From NCBI GenBank assembly GCA_037447605.1, contig CM074805.1:4249361-4313360 (forward strand): 64,000 nt of DNA, given 5' to 3'. The notes under the pieces are model-generated. The model did not search any database, was not told where the DNA came from, and saw only the letters and a program-made list of their open reading frames with translations. Source of the DNA: Zygnema circumcarinatum SAG 698-1b (taxonomy: Eukaryota; Plantae; Zygnematophyceae). Both the position numbers and the translations under genes were made by a program. Position 1 is the first letter of the stretch, and each line of letters starts with the position of its first letter. Below, in pieces: positions 39,901 to 49,811 of the stretch.

Positions 39901-40873
39901 GAGCGTCCTTAAGCAATCCTTCTGCAGGAAGCTGCAATCTTCATATTTCCAGTCCTCTATACTTGTGAGGTTATATGCTTGTCTCAAACTACTCTGGAGA
40001 TGTTCCATTAGCAAAAAATACATAATGCATTATAGTTTTAGTGATAGGTCTACTTACTCTTGCATGTCAGGCATTAAATCATGGGCATGTGACCGAGGCA
40101 AATTAAACCCAATTTGTTATGCCGCAGCATTATTTTATTTGATAATTGGAACTTTTTAGACACTCTACGCGTGTTCTTACTCCATTACTTGTACCGGCTT
40201 AAGGCAGATGTTGCCACGTAGACATGTAAGCCGTCAATCTGCTGTTACAGTACATGCGGATTGGTGGAATTTCCGATGTCAATAGTAGTGCCACGCAGAA
40301 AAGCTTATCTGCCCGCGGTGCTTTTTCCAGAAGCAACCCTCATCTGCAGGCTTGCGTGGGCCTACCAAGCATTGCTTTCCAGAAGGAAACATGGCTCGCG
40401 TGCGGAAATGTTTCACTTCATGTTCCTCTTAGGAAAGCTTTCTTGTGCAATGCCTAGGTCCCTGCAATAAACCAAAAAATCTGTATGTTAGATCTCATGA
40501 AGATGAACCCCACTGAATGATAAAGCTTCCATCTGAGTGTTTAATTGACCCACAACACCTGTGGGGGGGTGTGCAGCATTTGACATACCAAAAGCGCTAT
40601 GCGCTGGTGAAGTTTGTGATCCGTTTGGCCCGCACCAGTTCCTATCCCCGAACTGTTCTAGCAACAAAGCGGCAGGACTGGAAGCGCATTGTGGATTGGC
40701 TGCAAGAGGAGATTGTGGCTACCCCTTCCCACAGCCCCATAGCAGCTGCGCCTCCTTCCAATGATGATTTCGGCAGTCCCAACTACTTGCGAAGGACTGC
40801 TTCCCTGGAGAATACTCTGACAGTGGCTCGGAACCTCCTCAACTCAATGCCACTCAACTCAATGCCACCATAG
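18973..40873 (+). CDS. Giant multi-exon ubiquitin-specific protease of the fat-facets (USP9X/USP24/USP34) type. First exon 18973-19875, last exon 40577-40873; not every internal exon was resolved
   Basis: The N-terminal KWPWTVYPNHLQQCLVAAAK and FDKNCQYH resemble USP9X. The Cys box is YVGLKNAG|ATCYMNSVFQQLYMQP (catalytic TGC at 32033). Other motifs: REHQDAFEFFNRLYDSIDE; Zn ribbon CRGCPH...YYCEECGKK; LVIHLKRFDFDYETMQRLKLKDRFEFP; His box YDLVGVVIHSGTAFAGHYYSYIKER; WVAFDDKRV; NSAYMLLYER. The C-terminal LDMLVAK|HLTYQKRYALVK...RTASLENTL also resembles the USP9X tail. Confidence 0.9.
26014..26150 (+). other. Ubiquitin-like domain segment within the USP gene
   Basis: VAKVMDCPVARVRLVYQGRELMQDWQVICQCGIQNGTTISASV has the ubiquitin-fold pattern (RLxYxGxxL...GIxxGxTI). 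An integrated UBL has been described for the USP9X/USP24 group. Confidence 0.65.
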
Positions 40874-42656
40874 CGAACCTTCTGCAGAGGATGTTCGGCG
40901 ATCGACTCTAGTATCGGCGGTTGGTTTGACCCGCAAACATGTATAGCACCCACTATTCTTGTGCCTCCAATGTTTCTTTGTAGGGTAAAGAAAGGTGAGG
41001 GCAGAGGGGTCATGCTTGAAGGCCAGCAAACAGCTAGACGTGCGACCTTTTTGAGGTCTCTTGGAGAGATTTGAGTCTGCTCTAGGAAGATGACCTCATC
41101 GGATCCAACAGAAGTCTAGCTCACGTCAATAGGTCTACCAGTCTGGTAGTCTCTCTGTTTCTCTCTCCCCCTCTCTCTCTCTTTCCCCCCCCCCCCTTTC
41201 TCTCTTTCTCTTTCTTTCGCTCTAAGTCTCAGTCCCTCATTGCTGTTGATAAGATTACACGCAAGCCTGTAGGCGGTCCTCTCCTTCTGTATCTTGTGCC
41301 GCTGCTGCCTCTGTACAGTATTAAGGTGAGGCTCCGATCCATGGAGCAATAAAACGCATCGAAGGGTGGCTGCATGTCTAGTGTCTCTCCCTCCTCTCCT
41401 GTGCTTGCAGCTTTTGCGGCTCCGGTCAACTTTTTGCAGCCTTTTGAGTTTTGAGCCATTTTGGAGTCGATTTCTTGTTCAACATAATGGTCCTTTCGGA
41501 AGTCCCCTGTGGCTTCAGAGAGATGGGAGTGGCAAAGTGGGGGAGCTGTGATTGGAATCTCAGTATCTCCGGGAGGGATGTGACTAACAGATTGACCCCA
41601 TTCTGGCGCCTTTCGGTCCATTTTCTGTGTAATGTTGGCGACGTTCATGTATTGAGACAGCATGAAACCTACTCTTCTATGTTCAGTGTGTAGTTTGCCC
41701 GAGGCGTGGCAAAAGCTGGTTGCAAGTTTGCAAGAAATGAAAGAAAAAGGCCCTTAATAAGATGCAGTTGCTGAGGATATCTTCTAGACTTACTGGGACT
41801 AATAGTACTTGGAAAAATCGGGCAATGGAGCATCTTTCGGGTGTTCTAACTAGAGTTAGCATGTGGTCTAGGTGGGGGTGCAGTATGGTTGCAAGGTTTA
41901 TAGAGGGGTCCTGCATTGTGTGTGCCGATCCTAATCTGGTTGGCTCAGAGTCTCCGTTTCATGCCGCATTTGCGCCAATATAGGATGCAATCACATGATG
42001 ACAACCTAAGACACAACATGAGCATGCTGGATAAAATCATCTCTCATAAGGCAACCTCGCATCTGTCTTGTGTATCATTTACTTCAAAGGGATGTAGCAT
42101 CTGCCATTGTAATCCCTGCAATACGAAGTAAGGCTGCGACATGCTGCATTTCGTCAATTGTGGTTAAGCACAGCCCTTATCGATGAACGAAGGCCTGCAA
42201 AATTCCTCAAACTTCCATCTCCCTGTTTCCTCCGCCAGGGCCCCTCTCGCTCCCGCAATGCACCCTCCCTACCTCTTGCCGAAGTCTTTGCCCACAGCAT
42301 GTATCGTCGATAGCCGATACACGATATTTCTATATTTCGATATATCAGTATACTGATGCGGGCGATATATATATGTAAGATACGCACCGTACGTATGTAC
42401 GAAACCGCGTCTGTCGGTCGTTGACTCTTTGGGAACGCGGTTGGCACTTATGAAGTTTTCGAGAAAGAGCGAGAGAGAGAGAGAGAGAGAGCGCTGGGGA
42501 GAGGGGTGTGGGAGGCGCTCGGTGCTCTTTGAAGGGAGGGGGGAGGGGGAAGGTGTGAGGGAGGAAGGCTGTGGTTGGGCCGAAGTAGGGGTTCATAGCG
42601 TTTTCTTTTCGTTTTGGATTTTGAGGCCCTTTTACAGTTTGAAGCATCACTTCACC

Positions 42657-43545
42657 ATGGGCGAGAGTGATCCTCCTCCGCCAGTGAGCGCACCGCCGAT
42701 GTACGATGCGAAAGCTGAAGGAAGTATGTAGCTTCTCACCTGCTGATGATTGCTTTTCGTCTTTCTCCAAAGTGGTGAAAGTAGCTAACTTCTCGAGTGA
42801 CAAGTTACATCGTTGCTTGCTCAGGTTTGCTTTTAGAAAGGAGCGGAGGTTTCTTCCAATGCGTGCCTACATTTCTCCTGAGATTCCTCCCTCTTTCCTT
42901 TCACCGTCTGCCTGCTTATACTCGTATAAAGTAGTCCGCGAGCCTGTGATTAACTTGACTCGATCTCCATCACATTAATAACTCGTGGTTTTTTGGAAAC
43001 CCTGACTCTTGCAGGTGCACCTCCCATGAAGGACCCTGTCCAAGGCTACCCTGCACCACCTCAAGCTGCTTCCCACTACCCCTACCCGCCTCCTCCTCCG
43101 GGATATCCTCCCCAACAATATGGCCCCCCTCCTCCCGGCTATGGCCCCCCTCCTCCCGGCTATGGCCCCCCTCCTCCTGGCTATGGCCCCCCTGGGGCGT
43201 ACGGATATGGTCCGGGACCGACCTATGGCAATGTCGGACCTCCTCCTCCTCGGGTTGTGGTTGTCGAGCGCAGAGACAACCAGGCAGACGATTGCTGTGT
43301 TGGCTGGTGAACCCTAAAAGCCCGTTCTGTTTTTGTGCTGTTCACTTGCTTGTTTTTTGGGACCAGTGGAAGGCGGAGCACTTGCTTGCGCGTGCGTTTA
43401 GATGACGGCAATGTTACGCAAATAGGTGTTTGGAAGGAGAAAAGTGGGAGCTGAACATCTTCGTCTAACATGGAGCTTTGGTTGTGTTGTGATGCGCAGC
43501 TTGGGAGCATTGCTTTGCTGTTGCGCACTAGAAGCTTTGTTTTGA
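42657..43545 (+). CDS. CYSTM (cysteine-rich transmembrane module) tail-anchored protein. Exons 42657-42723, 43015-43306, 43500-43545
   Basis: A Pro/Gly/Tyr/Gln-rich body (QGYPAPPQ...GYGPPPP repeats) splices in frame to DDCCVGC|LGALLCCCALEALF*, the typical CYSTM C-terminus. Phases 1 and 2 are consistent. Confidence 0.88.
43119..43193 (+). repeat. 21-bp coding tandem repeat, about 3.5 copies (YGPPPPG)
   Basis: The unit tatggcccccctcctcccggc starts at 43119, 43140 and 43161, with a partial copy at 43182. Confidence 0.9.
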
Positions 43546-44266
43546 GTTCACCGGCGGTCCAGTGCGGTGTGCTTGTATGCGGTGCTCAAGGCTGCTCCTG
43601 CTTGACAGGTATCGCCAAGCTTTCGGCGGATGTATATGTTCATATAGGGTAACTTCGACGAGAGTTACACCTTCATGTATGTAAAATAGTGTTAGTCTGC
43701 GGGTCAGATGTTTGCATCCTATGAGAGGCTAAAGTAGCTCACGGTGTTTGTTAATATAAGCAGATTTAAAATAAGCTGTGGCCCTGTTCAGTTTTAAGGA
43801 TGAAGGGGACATACAGACAGGCGGAAGTGGCCTTGTCTCTTTGGAAGGGAAAGTAATTAGCGAGCTCTGCTTTGTGGTATCGCATTTGATGCCAGACTTT
43901 CCAGAGACTAATTTTTTTTTAGCGAGAACTGTAAAGTATACATTTAACTTGTTCATTTCAAGATGGCTCTCTTTGGATGTTGTCATTGGTATCAATTCTG
44001 AGAGAGATTCTTACGGTGATGGTGGTAATGATCTCGATTCCACCGCTTGATCTGGATCGTAAGGCTTGGTAAAAAAAATGTCGAAATGTACTCCTTTTGC
44101 AAATTTCTGCACCTTGAGTTCGTCATGTTGCAAACGTCGGCCAGCTTCAATTCCATTCTTTTACATTTTTTAAATGAATCGTTTTTACTCACACTGACCT
44201 TGTATCAAACTAAAAAAAGATCTAAACATGTGTGATACAAATTATACTAATTCGAAAAACTTTACA

Positions 44267-44303
44267 TTTGATGGCATCGCCGTCGTGAGATCAATGCCAC
44301 ATC
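44267..44303. repeat. 37-bp sequence that is the reverse complement of 47319-47358 (one 3-nt indel)
   Basis: tttgatggcatcgccgtcgtgagatcaatgccacatc versus the reverse complement of 47319-47358, tttgatggcatcaccgccgtcgtgagatcaatgccacatc. Confidence 0.9.
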
Positions 44304-44851
44304 TCCTTCTTAAAAATCCAAAACATTGTTTTGCAATTTAAGCACAGAGTAACTAGTCTAGTAAAGAAGATTTGAAGCTTGGTTAGTTTACCGTCCCCTA
44401 ATTTACAGAGCAATTTCAAGCACAACACTCGCCAGGCCGCGCTGTCACATCGTTGATCGATAAACTTCGTTGCAAAAGTGCCTTTCCTTACGCTACAGAA
44501 TTCAGCACTCTCATAACCTCTTAATAACGAAAACAGGGAAACAGTTTGACCCTAACATGTTTCTAACTGAGCATAGAAACACGGAACGGGTACATGTAAT
44601 TGAGTGTGTGCACCAAAGCTCGCTCGGGCTTCCTACCCTGACCCTAATTATTTTGCCAACCCTAATAGCCCTAATCCTCCGCTTCCAGAATTCTTGCGAA
44701 TGTCATTATCGAGTTGCTATCTCCCCGGCAGTCAGCCCGCGCGAGAGAGAGAGAGAGGCATTGCCATCTTACAAGTCACAACGCAGAGCTCTCCCTCTAC
44801 TGCCACTTTTACTCTTTCTCCAGCCTCCATTAGCAGCGCTGCAGAGTAAGG

Positions 44852-46957
44852 ATGGGGAAGCCCTTGTTTCTGGAAATGGTCGAAAAACCCGTCACAAGTG
44901 TGCTCATCGCCGCCTGCTGCGGCATTTGGCTGTACATCCAGGCAAGTTCTCAGCGCGAGAGAGGGAGAGGGGGGAGTGGGAGACGGAGAGGGGGAGGGAG
45001 AGGGAGGAGGGGAAGGGGAGGGGGAGGGAGAGAGAGAGAGGGAGAGGGAGAGGAGGTGGTGGGTGACAAGAGGGGAGACAGAGTGGAAAGGAGGCATATG
45101 GCAGGAAGGAAGAGGGCTAAAGGCGGAAGAGACGAGTTTCGAGAAAGCAGAGGCATTTATAAGTGAAGCGTTACAGTTGATGAGCCTCTTCACTTTTCTA
45201 CTCTCTCTTTACCAGTTTTTTACCACACCCCTGCATTCCCAGCTATGCCATGTGTTAAAGGGAAGTTAGAAAAACCCTATGCAAAATATGTAAGCCATAC
45301 CATCCTTCAGTTATCCGACATTCACGCCTTGTTAACTCATTGTGACAAGCTGTTGGTATTCACCCAAGCTGCATGGAACCAAGAAAATTTCTTCCTGAAG
45401 GCCAATGAACAGCATGACTCTTCCAGTCATGATTGCATTCATGCCTTCTCTGGTTTATGGTGTCTAAGTCCAAAATTCCCAGACTGTCGTTGAGTAGAGC
45501 CAGCCAATTTGAAGTTCCTGCTGGAATCATTTTGCCAAACAACACAAAATGCTGAGTTGTGCCCACAGAATCTTCGTCGTTTGAAACCCATGTCCGTACT
45601 TTTTCCTTGCCGAAAAATTAAACGAATGGAACTGCTCGATGCGTTCAAGCAACAGCAAGAGGGACTGTCGATGTAACGCCGAGGAATGAAAAGTTCGCTT
45701 GATATGGCGATGTCGTTGAAGCTGACTCTGTGTACATAGTCAACGTTATAGAGTAGTCAAAAGCCACTGGCATCTGTGGAAACTGCTGAAACCTCTGAAA
45801 CTGCTGAGACACAGGACACATGTGGGCGGCTCATGGTCTCTGTTCTGTGCTGCTCGTTGCCTCCCTGGTGTTCATGTCCTGCAGTGCCACGTGTCCCTCT
45901 GCGCAGAAGAAGGGCGTGGGCTACAGCGACGTGGGCATCAGCTATGAGGCGGTCATGGGGGCAGGCCAGCATTGGCGCCTCCTCTCAGCCGCTCTCTCCC
46001 ACATAAGTCCTTTGCACCTGCTGCTCAACATGAGTGCTCTGTGGAGTCTGGGAGTGGTGGAGCAGCTCGGGACTGTGGGGATGGGCTCCTTGTACTATGT
46101 GGAGTACACGTTGGTCCTGATCATTGCTTCAGGGCTGCTCATGCTGGCCATGTATCACGTGCTCATCTTCACATTCAGGTGCTGCAGCAACACTGAGCAA
46201 GAATTCAGCTGATACATGAGGGTTTTTTGCAAAAAAAAAACCCTTCTTCTATGTCGTGAAGAAATGTTTGCATGTGCCTGTTTAGGGGTTGAGGAGCGCT
46301 GTCAGACTTTCAGGCCCTCCTTGTAGCCCGCTACGATTCGCATTTTTAGCCGTTTTTTATGTTTTGGGGTTTGGTTGCAGGTTGGAACATTATAAACGAG
46401 TCGTTGCGGTTGGCTATTCAGCTGTTGTATTTGGCTGGATGACAATTCTGGCAGTGAAACAGCCCGTGGGAAAGCTGCAGCTGTTCGGAGTGATCCCCCT
46501 TCCTGTCCATTTGGCGCCATTTGAGTCTCTCATTCTCACATCCCTCATTGTTCCGCAAGCTTCCTTTATTGGACATCTTGCGGGCATTATTGCAGGGTAT
46601 CTGATTGGCTGGAATGTAATTCAGGTATGCTCACATGCGAGTTAGTGTACCCACCCCTTTGGAGTCATGCAGAGGAGCAATGAGACCAAAGCAGTCAGAC
46701 CTTTTGTATTCGGTTGAGGCTTGAAGGTTCTGTTTGTTCACTGTGCTTTGCTTTGCTTCGTCTTGCAGGGTATCAATATCTACTGGCTCCTCATTTTCGT
46801 TATTTGGCTAGGCGTTGCGTTCATCTTCAGTCTCAAGCAGAGTGGATTTTTGGAACTTCCCTTCATTCAAATTGAACCTGTTGCTGATGCCGCACTGGTC
46901 CCCCTCCCACCTCCCGCAAGAATACCTCCGCCACCATCAGGGCATGAGGCTGTATAG
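44852..46957 (+). CDS. RBL13: Rhomboid-like serine protease RBL13. Exons 44852-44941, 45907-46178, 46381-46624, 46769-46957; intron 1 is GC-AG
   Basis: MGKPLFLEMVEKPVTSVLIAACCGIWLYIQ|KKGVGYSDVGISYE...WRLLSAALSHISPLHLLLNMSALWSLGVVEQLG...VAVGYSAVVFGWMTIL...APFESLILTSLIVPQASFIGHLAGI is collinear with Arabidopsis RBL13 as I recall it. The catalytic Ser (GYS) and His (GHLAG) are intact. Confidence 0.93.
44955..45135. repeat. Purine-rich (GA) low-complexity tract in RBL13 intron 1
   Basis: Continuous gag/ggga/gaga runs. Confidence 0.85.
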
Positions 46958-47318
46958 AGTAGGGAAGTGGGGAGGAGGAAGAGGGGGGGTGGGGGGCTGG
47001 GGGGGCTTAATGGCAGGGGAGGGGGGGGGGACATTTTTGACGGGTATTTGCATGTGAATTTGTAAATTTTGGTGTCCTGCATGGCAGCATAAAAGCTTAG
47101 TAGGTCGATGCCACGGCTCCTCATCTGAAAGCGGTGGAAGTGTGAAGTAGGTCTGCAGAGGTGCAGGGTTTAGGACTTAGCTTTCGAACAGGTTGATATG
47201 AAACGGTACGAAGTGGGTGGGTTGTAACCACGAGGAGGGCCTGCACCCAACCCATGATTAGCGTTTCACGGACGGTTTTCTTTCTTTCATATGATGACGG
47301 GGATGATGATGATGACAT

Positions 47319-47736
47319 GATGTGGCATTGATCTCACGACGGCGGTGATGCCATCAAACGTACATGGACAAAATCATCATCATGGGGAACCACGAGGAAC
47401 TAACTGGGCTCAAAGGACCCAAGGACAAACGAAAAAAAGCTAGGAGCGAAAAACTACGCCTAGGTTCAAGAACGCTTCAAGCCATCCCTCCAAGCAGCCG
47501 GGGTGGTCCAATGGTTGCAGTCATTGGCATTGGTTGGCTGGGTAGCCAATCAATGGTTGGGTGGGGCAGGAATCAATGGTCCAATGGTTGCAGTCATTGG
47601 CAATGGTTGGCTTGGTAGCCAGCCAATGGTTGCAACAACCCTTGCAAAGGCCACACCACCAACATCATTTTTCATTTGATCCTCCTCGCGATCGTGAGAT
47701 CAATGCAATGCGACCGTGAGATCAATGCAATGCGAC
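47319..47736. mobile_element. MITE/foldback-like element between RBL13 and FTHFS: 15-bp TIR (47325-47339 / 47692-47706), an internal ~55-bp duplication with 73-bp period, and a 22-bp terminal tandem duplication
   Basis: The TIR is GCATTGATCTCACGA ... TCGTGAGATCAATGC. The internal unit tggtccaatggttgcagtcattggc(a/t)... occurs at 47504 and 47577. cgtgagatcaatgcaatgcgac is repeated at 47693-47736. No clear TSD was found. Confidence 0.55.
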
Positions 47737-47901
47737 TACTTCCATAGACGGAAGTGATGGCACTTCCATACATTTGTTGCGTTGCCTAGAGGCAATGCTT
47801 TGTCGTCGTGTTCGGTTCGTACCAAACATTAGTAAAGGGCATTTTCGGGATCGATTGGTTGAAAAAATGGGGTATTCAATGATACGCCAATAATAAAACG
47901 T

Positions 47902-48175
47902 CACGTGGACCTCGTCGCGAAGAGGAAATCGTACGGCCAGAAGAGCTGTACGGCGACTAGTGTCGGTTGTCGCCACGTAACTGCCACGTGGCGACAATAA
48001 CACGTCCCGGCAGCATTAACCATTTTCAACCGTCCGATGGTCCCATCCCGCAAGTGTGAACTATATCCGCCGTTGCTCACACATGCCAAACAATGACCTG
48101 CGCTTCTCGCACGGGCGAAGCGTGAACCGCCGCCCCCTGCTCAGAAATTCCGTCCCAAAGGGAACGCCACGTGCC
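47902..48175. promoter_or_regulatory. ACGT-core/G-box cluster upstream of FTHFS, including a 12-bp perfect inverted repeat
   Basis: CACGTG at 47902; TTGTCGCCACGT-aactgcc-ACGTGGCGACAA at 47967-47997; AACACGTC at 47999; GCCACGTGCC at 48166; followed by a CT-rich leader. Confidence 0.6.
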
Positions 48176-48332
48176 GCCCTCTCTCCCTCTCGCTCTCTCC
48201 CCCTCTCTCTCACTCCCGCTTGCCTTTCCCTCCCGTTCTCTCGCTCTCCCTCCCTCGCTCACTCTCCCTCCCTCTCCTTCTCTCGCTTTCTTTCCCTCTC
48301 TTTCTCTCTCTTGCTGTGTGTGTGTGTCAGCC

Positions 48333-49779
48333 ATGGCGGCGACCGTGAGGAGGCTGCAGGTGGCGACGCCCGTCCCTGCAGACATTGAGATTGCGCAGTC
48401 CGTGGAGCCTCTCCCGATAGCGCGCGTGGCCGAGGCGGCGGGGCTCCTGCCGGAGGAGTGCGAGCCCTACGGCTACACCAAAGCGAAGGTGTGGATGGAC
48501 GCGCCTCTGCTTTCAGAGCTGCCATGACCTCTCCTCCTCCTCCTCCTCCTCCTGCCTCTCTCCTTCCTCTCTCCCTCCTCTCCCTCCTCATCCTCCTCCC
48601 TCCAATTGCTCTTTGGCCACTTTCATCTCTGCTCCTGAACCGCCTGCAACATTTTTCTAAGGTATTTTCTGTAGGCGTCTGAGCAGGGACTGTTCCCTTC
48701 TCCTCTGCTTCCTCCGCTTACTTCTTTCTGTCCTCTATGCAGGTCTCGTTGAAGGTGCGAGAGCGGCTGCGCGAGCAGGAGGACGGGCGCTATGTGGTGG
48801 TGGCTGGCATCACTCCCACCCCCCTTGGCGAGGGCAAGTCCACCACCACTGTGGGCCTGAGCCAGGCTCTTGGAGCGCATCTCAATGAGAAGGTGAGAGA
48901 GGGAGGAGCAGGATCAGGGGCAGGGGCAGGTTGTTCTTCCAAGAAAAAAATGTTTTCAAATGTGTTGACTCTACTTTTTAGAACGCGTTCCGAATTTAAT
49001 ATGGAAAACAAGGGATATTTTTTTACGGCCATCCCGACGAAGTCCATAGCAGTTACAAAGAAAGTGCGGAGTACGTTTAGCTCTTAGTCAAATTAGTCAA
49101 TTTTAGGTTAACCAATTTCTGCTAAGTCGAATTCTTTTTGCGCAACCCCGTGCCATAACTTTCTCTGAAGTAGTCGGACTTGCAAGGCGGTTTGGGATTC
49201 TCTAGTACGGATGCAATGTCGGTTCCTACACATCAAAAGAAAATGAAAGAGATATTTTGCAATTATTCAAACGGCTCAATAGTCTGGAACTCAGCCAGTT
49301 ATCGCGGATAAAATTGGATTCTTCAAATAACGCATTTAAGTAAAATCAATTTTCTGAAGATAAGTTGCGAGTATGGAGTTCTGGCATTTCCTTATTTCAC
49401 AGTGTGACCACGTTCTTTTTGCTCGCGCATTGGGACTCTTATGCTTGAGGGAGAGGCGCTTGAGAAAGGTCCTTCTAGTGCAAGAGAAGAGTGAAGTTAG
49501 AAGTCATGCAGATATTGGCATTGTAGGGCTGGGCATGAAGGCAGACATATGCAAACCGATCAACTTCCGAACATTCTGAAAACCGGAATGCCTACACATA
49601 GCCTGTAAGCGTTTTTTAAACGATGAAAACCCTGAAGCTGACATAAGCCATGCTTGCAGGTGTTCACATGTCTTCGCCAGCCCAGCCAAGGGCCCACTTT
49701 TGGTATAAAAGGAGGGGCTGCAGGAGGAGGGTACAGCCAAGTCATTCCCATGGAAGAGTTCAATCTCCACCTCACCGGA

Positions 49780-49811
<32 letters not shown>

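Noticed and set aside
40254-40457. Possible extra USP exon with a GC donor
   Set aside because: Direct splicing of LDMLVAK (39792) to HLTYQKR (40577) already reproduces the USP9X-like motif spacing, so the segment is best read as intron.
44470-45269. Long ORFs rich in ERERGRGG or SPSPSPPP
   Set aside because: They are translations of the GA/CT simple-sequence tract in RBL13 intron 1 and its leader.
47504-47736. Spaced direct repeats that superficially resemble a CRISPR array
   Set aside because: Only two copies of each unit, no unique spacers of constant length, no cas genes, and a eukaryotic context.
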